Positions 49,950-62,092 of a stretch of DNA of 64,000 nucleotides are shown here, piece after piece. A model generated the notes under the pieces. The model saw nothing but the letters and a program-made list of their open reading frames with translations, was not told where the DNA came from and did no database searches. The stretch covers positions 576,001 through 640,000 of the forward strand of contig CAWCKH010000004.1 of NCBI GenBank assembly GCA_963796055.1, written 5' to 3'. This stretch comes from an uncultured delta proteobacterium. Lineage in GTDB: Bacteria; Myxococcota; Myxococcia; Myxococcales; Myxococcaceae. How positions within the stretch are numbered: position 1 is the stretch's first letter; every line of letters begins with the position of its first letter. Position numbers and translations under genes: made by a program.

Positions 49950-51388
49950 TCAGTCCCCGAGCTTCGCCTTCAGCGCGGCGTTGACCAGGGCCGGGTTCCC
50001 CTTCCCCTTCATCGCCTTCATCACCTGGCCGACGAGGAAGCCGAACACCTGCTTCTTCCCCGCGCGGTACTTCTCCACCTCGCCAGGGTTCGCCGCCAGC
50101 ACCGCGTCCACCGCGGCCTCGACCGCGCCCGAGTCCTGGACCTGGATCAGCCCCTTCTCCTGGGCGATGTCCTTGGGCGGCCGCCCGGTCCGGAACATCT
50201 CGGCGAATACGTCCTTCGCCGCGTTGTTCGACAGCTCGCCACCGTCGACCAGCGTGAGCAGCGCGGCGAACTGCTCGGGCGAGAACCGGAGGGCGGAGAG
50301 CTCGGCGGACTCCTCCTTGAGGAGCCGGAGGAGCTCGCCGGTGAACCAGTTGGCCAGCTTCTTCGCCGGCCCCCCGTATGCCCCCTGGACCTTCTCGAAG
50401 AGATCCGCCAGCGCACGGTCCCCGACCAGGATCTTCGCATCGTACGCCGGAAGCCCGTAATCGCTGGTGAAGCGGTGCAGCTTCGCCCGCGGCAGCTCCG
50501 GGAGCTCGCGCTCGATCCGCTCCACGTACCCCGGTGGGATGCGCAAGGGCGGCAGGTCCGGCTCGGGGAAGTAGCGGTAGTCGTGCGCCTCCTCCTTGCT
50601 GCGCATGCTCCGCGTCTCGCCCCGGACGGCGTCGAACAGCCGGGTCTCCTGGGCGACCTTCCCGCCCTCCTCGAGGCGCCTGACTTGACGTTCGATCTCG
50701 TAGTCGATGGCCTTCTGCACGAAGCGGAAGGAATTGATGTTCTTCAGCTCCACCCGCTGCCCGTACCGGGTCGCGCCCTTGCGCATCACCGAGACGTTGG
50801 CGTCGCAGCGGAAGCTCCCCTCCTCGAGGTTTCCATCGTTGACCTCCAGGTAGACCAGCACGTCGCGGAGCGCCTTGAGGTACTCCGCGGCCTCGGCGCT
50901 GGAGCGGATGTCCGGCTCGCTGACGATCTCCACCAGCGGGACGCCGGAGCGGTTCAGGTCCACCAGGCTCTCGCCCCCGCCCGGGTCGTGGACGTTCTTC
51001 CCCGCGTCCTCCTCGAGGTGGATGCGGAGGATGCGAATCCGCTTCGGGCCGTCGTCGGTGTCGATCTCCAGCGCGCCGTGCTCGCAGAGCGGCTGGTCGT
51101 ACTGGCTGATCTGGTAGCCCTTGGGGAGGTCCGGGTAGAAGTAGTTCTTCCGGGCCCAGATGCTGACCGGATTGATCCGGCACTCCAGCGCCCGGCCGGT
51201 CCGCACCGCGTACTCCACCACCTTCTCGTTCAAGACCGGAAGCACACCCGGCATCCCCAGGCACACCGCGCAGGTGTGGGCGTTGGGTGGGGCGCCGAAC
51301 TCGGTGGAGCAGCCGCAGAAGATCTTGCTCCGGGTCAGGAGCTGCGCGTGCACCTCGAGCCCGATGACCGGCTGAAAATCGGACACGC

Positions 51389-51392
<4 letters not shown>
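49950..51392 (-). CDS. gatB: Asp/Glu-tRNA amidotransferase subunit B
   Basis: [44 protein letters not shown]. Confidence 0.98.
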
Positions 51393-52861
<1,469 letters not shown>

Positions 52862-52865
52862 CGCT

Positions 52866-53153
52866 TCACTCGATGATGCGCGGCACGGCGAAGCTGGTCC
52901 CCACCTTCGCCGGCGCGTTGCCCAGCGCCTTCTCCGGCGGGAAGGACGCACGCACTTCGTCGGCCCGCCAGGGGGCCACCTCTCCCGCGGCGTGCGAGGT
53001 GGGCTCGACGGTGGAGGTGTCCACCCGCGACAGCTCGGCCACCGCGTCGAGGATGGCGCTGAGCTGGGTGCGCATCAGCGTCTCCTCCTCGGCGGAGAGC
53101 GAGAGCCGGGCCAGGCTGGCCACGTGCCGCACCTCTTCCAGGGTGAGCGACAT
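52866..53153 (-). CDS. gatC: Asp/Glu-tRNA amidotransferase subunit C
   Basis: [21 protein letters not shown]...FAVPRIIE. Confidence 0.95.
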   Translation of the reverse strand: MSLTLEEVRHVASLARLSLSAEEETLMRTQLSAILDAVAELSRVDTSTVEPTSHAAGEVAPWRADEVRASFPPEKALGNAPAKVGTSFAVPRIIE

Positions 53154-53155
53154 GG

Positions 53156-53482
53156 TCAGTCGTTCTTGAAGATGTTCAGCAGCGCGCTCACCACCGCGTG
53201 CCGCTGCTCGGGGGACTGGAGCTGCTTCTGGAAGTGCGCCAGCTCCCCGGCGTCGATCCACAGCCCCTTGCAGTTGAAGCAGGTGTCGAGGTCCACCTCG
53301 CCCCGCTTCAGGGTGTGGAGGTCGAAGCCGCACTTGGGGCACTTCATGTAGTGGAGCGTGCGGAGCGCCTCCTTCTGCTGCTCGGCCATGACCTGCGCCT
53401 GCTGGAAGGCCAGCTTCCGCTTCTTCTCCACGTCCTCGCGGGCGAAGTACTCGTCCTCTTCCTTCGAAGGCTTGTCCAGCAT
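53156..53482 (-). CDS. zf-TFIIB zinc-ribbon protein
   Basis: EDEYF, MKCPKCG, CFNCKGLWIDAGEL. Confidence 0.88.
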   Translation of the reverse strand: MLDKPSKEEDEYFAREDVEKKRKLAFQQAQVMAEQQKEALRTLHYMKCPKCGFDLHTLKRGEVDLDTCFNCKGLWIDAGELAHFQKQLQSPEQRHAVVSALLNIFKND

Positions 53483-53503
53483 GGTTCTTCCCTTCTGCCC
53501 CGA

Positions 53504-55081
53504 TTACCGAAGAGCGTTCAAGGCCTCGCGCGCCCGCGACGCCTCCGCACCCTCGGGTGCGGCCTGCAGGTAGCGCTGGTAGGCGTCGGCAGCTTCCGTG
53601 GTCTGTCCCGCCCGCCGGTATGCCTCGCCGAGCCAGAACTCGGCCACTGAATAACGCGGATTGGCCGCCAGTGCGCGACGGAACGCCGAGACCGCCGAGC
53701 GGGCCTCCCCCAGGTCGAGCAACGCCAGGCCCTGCGCAGCGTATCCCTCGGGGCGATCGGGCTCGAGCTCGATGGCCCGGGCGTACGTGTCGACGGCCGC
53801 CCGGGCGCGCGCGTGCTGGCGCTCCCGGTCACCCTGCGCCATCCATTGGTCGAAGGTTCGCGCCCGGGGCGGGGAGACACTGGCGACGGTCGCCGGGCGC
53901 GTGGAGGTACCGGGCCCGGGCGGTTCCACGGACCCGTGGGAGGGACCGGGGGGCGCGCTCCCGCCCGTTCCGGCGTCGACGGCTGCAGCGGGCGGCGTGG
54001 CGCCCCCGGTGCCTCCATCCGCCCGCCCGGCCATCCCCGCCAGCAGCTCCTCCTTCGCCCGTCGCTCGCGCTCCTCGACCTCGGCCTCGGCCGCGGCACG
54101 GGCCTGCTGCCCGTCCAGCAGCCGGGCCCGCTCCGCCTCCTGCCGGAGCTTCTCCTCCTGCGCCGGGACCCAGATCTGGAAGTAGGCCGCTGCCGCCACG
54201 CCCACGGCGCCCAGCACCAGCACCGCCGCCACCCAGGGCGCCTTGCTCCGATACCTCGGGGGCTCCCACCCGTCGGCGTCGTCCACCGCGCCCGGGTCGA
54301 CGCCCAGGCCCGCCCGCCGGGTGAACTGCGGCTGGTCCGCCTCCTCCGTCTGCTCCTGGGGCTCGACCGGGCCCTCGGGCATCGGCGCATCGTCGGGCGA
54401 AGGCCGGGTCGCCTCCCGGATCTCCTCGAGCGAGAAGGCCGACGGGGGGCCCGTGCGCGGCGTGTCCGCGGGCGATGCCGCGGCCCGGGGCGCCGCCTCG
54501 GGGGCGTCGAAGCCCGGCTCGGGCCTGCGTGCCACTTCCGGCGGGGGCTCGATCGGCGTCTCGAGACGGATGGGGGTGGGGGTCGACGTCGGCTCGGGCG
54601 GCCGGGCGCGGTCCGCGGCCCTCAGCTCCTCCTCGAGCCGCGAGGGCGCCTCGTCCGGTAGCTCGGCCCGGCGCAGGCGCTCCTCCAGCGCGTGAACCCG
54701 GTCCACCTCGTCGAGGAGCAGGAAGAAGGGCTGCAGCTCGGCGATGTCGCCCAGCCGCTTCCAGTGGTCGCCGTGGAGGCTGATCTCGTCGTCGCGGCCG
54801 AACTTCCGCTCGACGATCCACTTCTGCATGGAGGTCAGCTCGCGGAAGGCGATCATCCGGCCGCCCGGGCTCCGGACGCGCCAGGCCGGCTTCTCCACGA
54901 CCGGAGGCGGCACGGCGGTGGACTCACCCCCCGCGCCGACCGCCTCGGTCATGAGGAAGACCTTCTTCCGGACGCGGAAGACGTGGCCACAGGTGGTGCA
55001 GCGCACGGTGGTCCCCGCCTCGGAGACCCGCGCGTCGTCGAGCTCGTACAGCGTCTTGCACCGCTCGCAGCGGACGTCCAT
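53504..55081 (-). CDS. MJ0042-type zinc-ribbon / TM / TPR protein
   Basis: MDVRCERCKT...VRCTTCGHVF, Pro-rich linker, TM segment, C-terminal TPRs. Confidence 0.85.
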   Translation of the reverse strand: MDVRCERCKTLYELDDARVSEAGTTVRCTTCGHVFRVRKKVFLMTEAVGAGGESTAVPPPVVEKPAWRVRSPGGRMIAFRELTSMQKWIVERKFGRDDEISLHGDHWKRLGDIAELQPFFLLLDEVDRVHALEERLRRAELPDEAPSRLEEELRAADRARPPEPTSTPTPIRLETPIEPPPEVARRPEPGFDAPEAAPRAAASPADTPRTGPPSAFSLEEIREATRPSPDDAPMPEGPVEPQEQTEEADQPQFTRRAGLGVDPGAVDDADGWEPPRYRSKAPWVAAVLVLGAVGVAAAAYFQIWVPAQEEKLRQEAERARLLDGQQARAAAEAEVEERERRAKEELLAGMAGRADGGTGGATPPAAAVDAGTGGSAPPGPSHGSVEPPGPGTSTRPATVASVSPPRARTFDQWMAQGDRERQHARARAAVDTYARAIELEPDRPEGYAAQGLALLDLGEARSAVSAFRRALAANPRYSVAEFWLGEAYRRAGQTTEAADAYQRYLQAAPEGAEASRAREALNALR

Positions 55082-55206
55082 GCCCTGGAGCGTCTGTGCA
55101 TGGCACAGGGCTGGAAAATTGACCACCCCCGGCCCTGGCTCGACAGTCGACTGCTGCTTCAGGTCGTAACAGGTAGCCCCACTCGGGGGCGAGGGAGCGG
55201 TACGTC

Positions 55207-58083
55207 ATGGCGGCCAGACGGCCCCGTCCGGAGAAGAAGATCCTGTCGAAGCAGGAGGTCTCGTCGCGCAAGAAGGCACTGGCCGTTCGGCGCGTCGAGG
55301 GGACCGGGGTGGGTCACCGGGCACTCCTGGGTGTGGCGCTCCTTGCCCTGTCGTCCCTGGCGCTGGTTGCCCTGCTGACAGAGCCCGGACCGGGGGCCCT
55401 GCGCACCGCGCACAACGGAGCCGGCCCGGTGGGGCACGCCCTGGCGGCGCTTCTGGGTGGATTCCTGGGCATCGCCGCCCCGGCCATCCCGTTCGCCGGC
55501 GTCTATGTCTCGGGCGTCCTCCTGGTCGGCAAGCGGGAGAAGCGGCGCCTCTTCCAGACCCTGGCAGCACTGGTGCTGCTGGTCGCGACCTGCGTGCTGG
55601 TCCAGCTCGGGCTGGGCACGCCTGGTCTCCACCCCCGAAACCCGCCCGGCGGGGTCCTCGGGGTGGTGGTGTCGGCATGGCTGGTGGACCAGTTCGAGGT
55701 GCTGGGGACGGCCATCGTCGTCTCGGCGGTGGCCTTCGCGGCGATGCTGGTGGCCACCCACTTCGCACTGCTCCGGGGCCTGGCGGCGCTGGGGCACCTG
55801 GTCGGCGAGCTGGCGACGAAGGCGCGGGGCGCGCTGGTCGCGGCCTGGGCAGCGCAGAAGAAAGGCTGGGCCGCCCGGGTCGAGTCGCGGGCCGCGGCGA
55901 AGCTGGAGGAGGCGGCGTTCCTCGCCCAGCTCGAGGCCGACGAGGAGGAGCTGAGCCAGGCCGAGTCGGAGGCGCTGGAGGCCGAGGAGGTTGCCGAGGA
56001 GGCGCTCCGGCTGGCGCGTGACTCCGAGAGCAAGGCGCTGGAGCGCTCCAGGGGCCCGGCCTCGGGCACCGCGCTGGCGCCCGGAGCGGACCCGGTCTGG
56101 ACGCGCGAGCTGGCCGCCGGGGCAGCCCCTGCGCCCGAGGCTCCCAGGCGGCGGCGCAGGGGCGATCAGCAACCGGAGATCGTCACTCCCCCGGCAGCCG
56201 TGGGCACCAGCCTCGTGCCGATGGCCACTGCCGCGGTGGGGGTGGCGGTGGCGGCTGCCGAGGAGGTCATGCCGCTGGCGGCCATCGTGCCCAGCCCGCC
56301 CCGGGCCCCGCTGATCGTCGAGCCCAAGGCACCGCCGAAGCCGACCAAGCACAAGGAGCAGAACCAGTTCGAGTTCGTGGGGGGCCGTACCCAGTTCACC
56401 CCCCCACCGCTGGACGTGCTCGACTTCGACCGGCCCGAGCGCAGCGCCCTGGACAAGGAGGTCTTCCTCAGCACCGCGGAGAAGCTTCGCGCCAAGCTGG
56501 CCGACTTCGGCATCGTCGGTGAGGTGGTGGAGATCCGCCCCGGCCCGGTGGTCACGATGTACGAGTTCCTCCCCGGCCCGGGGATCAAGGTCTCGAAGAT
56601 CGCCGCGCTCGCCGACGACCTGGCGATGGCCATGGAGGCGATGCGGGTGCGCATCGTGGCGCCCATTCCCGGCAAGGGCGTGGTGGGCATCGAGGTGCCC
56701 AACCGGGACCGGGAGACGGTCTACCTCAAGGAGATCGTCGAGCAGGACGTGTTCCAGCGCTCGAGCAGCAAGCTGACCATGGCGCTGGGCAAGGACATCG
56801 AGGGCATGCCCTACGTGCTGGATCTGGCCAAGGCGCCGCACGTCCTCGCCGCGGGCACCACCGGCTCGGGCAAGTCGGTGGCGGTCAACTCGATGGTGAT
56901 GAGCATCCTCCTCAAGGCCACGCCCGAGGAGGTCCGCTTCATCATGGTGGACCCGAAGATGCTCGAGCTGAGCGTCTACGAGGGCATCCCCCATCTGCTG
57001 CTCCCGGTGGTCACCGATCCCAAGAAGGCGGCGCTGGCGCTGCGCTGGGCGGTGGAGGAGATGGAGCGGCGCTACCAGGTGCTGTCCGAGGCGGGGGTGC
57101 GGAACATCGCCGGCTACAACAAGCTGGTGGAGAGCGCGAAGGGCAACGCGCGGGTCCTGCTGGAGAAGAGGCGCGAGACGCCGAAGCCGCAGAAGGCTGC
57201 CTCGCTCCTGGTGGTGGACGTGGGCGAGGGCGAGTCGGAGGAGGAGGCGATTGCCCGGGCGAAGGAGGAATCGCTCGGGGTTCCCTCACCGCACGCCGCC
57301 GCCGAGGACCCACGCGCCAGCCTCGAGGGAGAGCCGCAGGCCGCCGGCGATCTGGACGAGGAGAAGGCCGCCGGGCCCGCGGCGGAGGAGAAGCCGAAGG
57401 AGCTCAAGAAGCTCCCCTACCTGGTGGTGATCATCGACGAGCTGGCGGATCTGATGATGGTGGCCAGCCGCGAGGTCGAGACCTCCATCGCCCGGCTGGC
57501 GCAGATGGCGCGTGCGGCCGGCATCCACCTCCTGGTCGCGACCCAGCGGCCGTCGACGGACGTGGTCACCGGGGTCATCAAGGCGAACTTCCCGACCCGG
57601 ATCAGCTTCATGCTCCGCAGCAAGCCGGACTCGATGACCATCCTCGGGACGGTGGGCGCCGAGTCACTGCTGGGCATGGGCGACATGCTGCTGATGCCGC
57701 CGACCAGCGCCAACATGGTGCGGGTGCACGGCGCCTTCGTCAGCGAGATTGAGATCAAGCGCGCCGTCGACCACCTCAAGGCGCAGGGCAAGCCGGTCTA
57801 CGACGAGAGCATCCTCCGACCGCGCGAGGAGGACCTGGCCGACGGCGGTGCCGACGACGAGCTGAGCGACGAGCTCTACGACCAGGCGCTGGCCACGGTG
57901 AGCGAGATGCGGCAGGTGAGCATCTCCATGCTCCAGCGGAAGATGCGCATCGGGTACAACCGTGCCGCGCGGATGATCGAGCGCATGGAGCGCGACGGGG
58001 TGGTCGGCCCGGCCGACGGCGCGAAGCCGCGGGAGGTGCTGCTCCGACCACTGGGCGAGATGCCGGGCGCGGGCGTCGGCTGA
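55207..58083 (+). CDS. ftsK: DNA translocase FtsK
   Basis: N-terminal 4TM, GPVVT, GTTGSGKS, IDELAD, ATQRPS, gamma domain IGYNRAAR. Confidence 0.97.
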   Translation: MAARRPRPEKKILSKQEVSSRKKALAVRRVEGTGVGHRALLGVALLALSSLALVALLTEPGPGALRTAHNGAGPVGHALAALLGGFLGIAAPAIPFAGVYVSGVLLVGKREKRRLFQTLAALVLLVATCVLVQLGLGTPGLHPRNPPGGVLGVVVSAWLVDQFEVLGTAIVVSAVAFAAMLVATHFALLRGLAALGHLVGELATKARGALVAAWAAQKKGWAARVESRAAAKLEEAAFLAQLEADEEELSQAESEALEAEEVAEEALRLARDSESKALERSRGPASGTALAPGADPVWTRELAAGAAPAPEAPRRRRRGDQQPEIVTPPAAVGTSLVPMATAAVGVAVAAAEEVMPLAAIVPSPPRAPLIVEPKAPPKPTKHKEQNQFEFVGGRTQFTPPPLDVLDFDRPERSALDKEVFLSTAEKLRAKLADFGIVGEVVEIRPGPVVTMYEFLPGPGIKVSKIAALADDLAMAMEAMRVRIVAPIPGKGVVGIEVPNRDRETVYLKEIVEQDVFQRSSSKLTMALGKDIEGMPYVLDLAKAPHVLAAGTTGSGKSVAVNSMVMSILLKATPEEVRFIMVDPKMLELSVYEGIPHLLLPVVTDPKKAALALRWAVEEMERRYQVLSEAGVRNIAGYNKLVESAKGNARVLLEKRRETPKPQKAASLLVVDVGEGESEEEAIARAKEESLGVPSPHAAAEDPRASLEGEPQAAGDLDEEKAAGPAAEEKPKELKKLPYLVVIIDELADLMMVASREVETSIARLAQMARAAGIHLLVATQRPSTDVVTGVIKANFPTRISFMLRSKPDSMTILGTVGAESLLGMGDMLLMPPTSANMVRVHGAFVSEIEIKRAVDHLKAQGKPVYDESILRPREEDLADGGADDELSDELYDQALATVSEMRQVSISMLQRKMRIGYNRAARMIERMERDGVVGPADGAKPREVLLRPLGEMPGAGVG

Positions 58084-58222
58084 GGAGTGCCGGGGGAGCG
58101 CCCTCGCCTGCCGCCGTGACCTGTACAGCCGGACACGTTCTCCGCCGAACGTTGCGCGCCTGGGTCCTCGGGTCCACCCGGAGGTGACCGCTCGCGCGCC
58201 GGCGTGCGAGATTCCTCGTCCG

Positions 58223-60431
58223 ATGCCTGTCCGAGAAGGCGACGTCCTCGACAATCGATTCGAGATCGCGCGCACCGCGGCCAGCGGAGGGGATCGGCAC
58301 CGTCTTCCGCGGGACCGATCGCCAGACCGGCAGTCTGGTGGCGGTGAAGACGGTCCGGGCGGCCGCCGGGGCCGAGCGGTTCGGCCGCGAGGTCGAGCTG
58401 CTCTCCGCGCTCCGGCACCCCGGCATCGTCGCCTACCTCGGGCACGGGCGTACCCAGGACGAGCTCTACCTGGTCATGGAATGGCTCGAGGGCGAGGACC
58501 TGGCGACCCGTCTCGCCGGCGCGGAGGTCAGCGCTCCGGAAGCGCTGGAGATCGCCTGCCAGGTCGCGGCTGCCCTCGCGGTGGCGCACCAGCAGGGCAT
58601 CGTGCACCGCGACATCAAGCCGTCCAACGTCTTCCTCGCCGACTGGCGCCTGGATCGAGTCAAGCTCCTCGACTACGGGATCGCCCGGCGGGCGGGCATG
58701 GAATCGCTCACCGGCACCGGGTCGGTCGTGGGAACTCCGGCGTACATGGCACCGGAGCAGGCCCGCGGGCGCCGGGACGTCGATGCCCGTGCGGACGTCT
58801 ACGCGCTGGGTGCCCTGCTGTTTCGCTGCCTCGCCGGTCGGCCTCCGTTCGAGGGAGCGACTCCGGACGAGCTGATCGCCGCCGTGGTCCATCGCCCCGT
58901 CCCACGCCTCCGTGAGCTGCTCGAGGTGCCGCCCGAGCTGGACGCCTTGGTGGCGCGGATGCTGGACAAGGACCCCAGACGCCGGCCGGCCGATGGCGCC
59001 GCGGCCTGGGCGGCGCTGTTTGCCATCGACCTCGGGGCGGCCGAGGGGAGCGCCGAGCTCCCTCCGGGGCCCCCGCCCGGCTCGGAATCCCCCACCAGGC
59101 CCGGCTGGGCCACGCCGGCCACCGGCGAGCGCACCCCGGGTCAGGGGAAGGTCTCCTCCATCGCGGTGCTCTCGTTTCTCGACATGAGCTCGTCCGGAGA
59201 TCAGGGCTACCTGTGCGATGGGATCGCCGACGAGCTGATCAACACCCTCACCAAGGTCCGGGGCCTCCGGGTCGCCGCCCGGAGCACGTCGTTCCAGTTC
59301 AAGTCGCAAGCCGCGGACGCGCGGGCAATCGGCGCCCGGCTTGGGGTGGACGCGATCCTCGAAGGTGGCGTGCGCAAGTCGGGCGACCGCCTCCGGGTCA
59401 CGGTGCAGCTGGTGGACGTCCACGATGGCTCGCCGCGCTGGTCGCACCGCTTCGACGGCAAGCTCGACGACGTCTTCGACATCCAGGACCAGATCGCCTC
59501 CAGCGTGGCCACGGCGCTGCGGGGGATGCTGAGCACGCACGAGCTGGATGCCCTGCGCCGCCCGGGAACGACCGTGGAGGCCTACGAGCACTTCCTGCGC
59601 GGGCGGCAGCTCTTCTACAACGTCAACACGATCTCTCTGGAGGCGGCGGAGCGGGAGTTCCGGCGGGCCATCGAGATCGACCCGAGCTACGCACCGGCCT
59701 ATGCCGGGCTGGCGCAGATCCATGGGTGGAAGGTCGAGTGGCTGGCGGGAGACGAGGAGGTCCGGAAGGCCGCCGATGTCGCCAGCCGTCGCGCGCTCGA
59801 GCTGGGACCGGAGCTGTCGGAGTCGCACGTCGCCCGGGGGGCGGTGCTGGCCATGGAGCGGAACTACACGACGGCGGCGCAAGAGTACGATGAGGCAATC
59901 CGCCTGAATCCGGGCTCCTTCGATGCCCATTACATGTATGCCCGTTGCTGCGTCCAGTCGGGGCAGCTGGCCGAGGCGGTCGAGCTGTTCCGTCGAGCTG
60001 CAGAGATCCGGCTGGAGGACTTTCAATCCTCGATCCTCATGGACGTCCCGCTTCGGCGGCTGGGGCGGCTGGAGGAGGCATCCGCCGCCCGCCGCGAGGG
60101 CCTCCGCCGGGTGAAGCGCCAGCTCGAGCTCGAGCCGAGCAACGTCCGGGCGCTGGCCCTAGGCGCCGGCGCCCTGATGGACGAGGGGCAGCGCGAACGC
60201 GCACTGGAGTGGGCCGCCCGAGCGGTCCAGATCGCCCCGGACGAGCCGAATGTGATCATCAACGCCGCCTGCATGTACGCCCGGGCGAACATGAAGGACG
60301 AGGCTCTGGCGTGCCTGGAGAGGACCTTCGGCCGAGGAATCGGCAAGCGCGACTGGATCGAGAACGATCCGGACTACGACTTCCTCCGGGATGACCCCCG
60401 GTTCCGGGCGCTGGTGTCCAAGCTGCGCTGA
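58223..60431 (+). CDS. Ser/Thr kinase with TolB-like and TPR domains, +1 frameshift at 58289-58292
   Basis: MPVREGDVLDNRFEI..ASGG|IGTVF, VAVK, HRDIKPSN, DYG, APE; SIAVLSF..MS, TPRs, DPRF. Confidence 0.88.
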
Positions 60432-60455
60432 GCGGGATGCCAGCGGGCGGTCGTG

Positions 60456-61172
60456 CTAGCCGGCGACGCCCACTGTGAGCCAGGCGTTCATCGGAAACTG
60501 CACCGGACCCTCCCCCAGCACGGCGGCCATGGCCTGGCGCGCGGCCGCGGACAGTGGCGCCCAGCGTTCGTCCCCGAGCCCCCGGCGCATGAGGAGGATG
60601 GGGGCCATGCTCCGCTCCATCGACTCCCAGAGCGCGTCCACCGACGGATGCGAGACGGCGGTCGAGACCGGATGAACGGTCACCTGGTCGAAGAAATCCC
60701 CCATCTCTTCGCGGCAGGCCTCGGCCGTGGTGAGGGGCATCTCGCCCTCCGCGGGACCGGCTTGCCCATGCGTCCCGGCGAACGCCTCGCGGAGCGCGCG
60801 GTCGGGATAGAACATGAGACCGAAGAGGGAGAACGCTCCGGCGTAGGCGCGGTCCGGGTAAGGGAGCGCCTGGCCGTCCCCGACCCGGGGGCTGACGGTG
60901 GTCACCCCGAGCTCCTGGAGCCGACGCTCGAGCCGGGTGATCATCTCCGGGGAGAAGTCGATCGCATCGACGGTGAACCCGGCGCTCGCGGCGGTGAGCG
61001 CCAGCGTCCCCGGTCCACAGGCCACGTCCACCACCCGCGAACCGGCAGGAGGAGCGGCGAGCCGCAGGGCCTCCTGGGCGAAGAAACGGAAGGTGGGCAG
61101 GACCTCGGCCTCGTAGGCGGAGGCGACGAGATTCCACGGAATGGGGGTGGCGAGCGGCGAGGGTGAGGTCAT
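60456..61172 (-). CDS. Class I SAM-dependent methyltransferase, possibly internally deleted
   Basis: VVDVACGPG, IDFSPEM, GDGQALPY, FGLMFYPDRA; the usual RVLxPGG segment is absent. Confidence 0.75.
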   Translation of the reverse strand: MTSPSPLATPIPWNLVASAYEAEVLPTFRFFAQEALRLAAPPAGSRVVDVACGPGTLALTAASAGFTVDAIDFSPEMITRLERRLQELGVTTVSPRVGDGQALPYPDRAYAGAFSLFGLMFYPDRALREAFAGTHGQAGPAEGEMPLTTAEACREEMGDFFDQVTVHPVSTAVSHPSVDALWESMERSMAPILLMRRGLGDERWAPLSAAARQAMAAVLGEGPVQFPMNAWLTVGVAG

Positions 61173-61509
61173 CAGAAGGCTCGGGCCGGGAGCTTGCCTC
61201 GCGCTCGGGGGACTTTGTTCGTCGCTTCGAGCGCAAGGTTCTCGAGCTGGCCGCAGATCGCCGCGACGGTCGCGAGGTCGAGCCGAGGGACACGTGCGAC
61301 CCGGTCGCGGCTTCAGGACCCCGCTGGGCGGATGCCGTCTGCTGCCCAGAGGCGCCGCCCCCCCTTGCCCAGGCTCGTCGGGCGGCGCTGCCGTCGGAAG
61401 GCTCCGGCCGCATCGCGTCCACATCGAACCAGAGGCCGACCCGGTGCCTCGGCGTGGCGGGCATCACACCGACGTCGATCCCGCTTCCCAGCTCGGAGGA
61501 CAACGTCAA

Positions 61510-61938
61510 TCATCCGCCGCTCGCGTCGGGGCGCATGTACGTGAGGACGTGGTGCGTCAGGAGGTTCCCCGCCATGTCCATGACCGACGCCTCCCCGTAG
61601 AGGATCCGCCGCCCCGCGCGGAGGATGCGGGCCTCGGAGCGGATGTCCCCCAAGAGCGCAGGCCGGAGAAACGACGAGCTCATCTGGAGCGTCACCGCCG
61701 AAGGGTCCTCGCCGATCACCGTCATCCCGGCGATCCAGAACGAGACGTCGGCCAGGGTCATCGCGCAACCGCCCTGCAGCACTCCACCCGGCCGCTCGAA
61801 GTTGGACTGGAACGGGAGGACGAGCCGGGCGCGCCCTGCCCCCAGCTCCTCCACCCGGTACCCCCACCAGCGCCCGAAGGGACTCCCGTCGATCATGCGC
61901 TGGGCGGTCTCGAGGTCGATGAGCGCCTCTCCGAGCAT
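61510..61938 (-). CDS. PaaI-family thioesterase
   Basis: GVLQGGCAMTLAD, VTLQMSSSFLRP, AGRR. Confidence 0.9.
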   Translation of the reverse strand: MLGEALIDLETAQRMIDGSPFGRWWGYRVEELGAGRARLVLPFQSNFERPGGVLQGGCAMTLADVSFWIAGMTVIGEDPSAVTLQMSSSFLRPALLGDIRSEARILRAGRRILYGEASVMDMAGNLLTHHVLTYMRPDASGG

Positions 61939-61950
61939 CGGCGGACGCTC

Positions 61951-62010
61951 CTACTTGGCCGCCACGAGCGGAACGGCGCACACCCCCAGCATCAGCACGG
62001 CACGGCGCAT
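61951..62010 (-). pseudogene. 19-aa signal-peptide-only ORF or stub
   Basis: Strong RBS ggaggag, then MRRAVLMLGVCAVPLVAAK-TAG. Confidence 0.4.
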
Positions 62011-62092
62011 CGGCTCCCTCCTCCGGTGAACGGCGGCCGGGAGTCAACCACGCTTGCAGCGAACGGGGTGAGACAGTAGCGCTGGGGTCTCG

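Noticed and set aside
48403..51264. 953-aa minus-strand ORF
   Set aside because: Alternate-frame shadow over gatB, the gap and rplU; Arg/Gly/Pro-rich with no motifs
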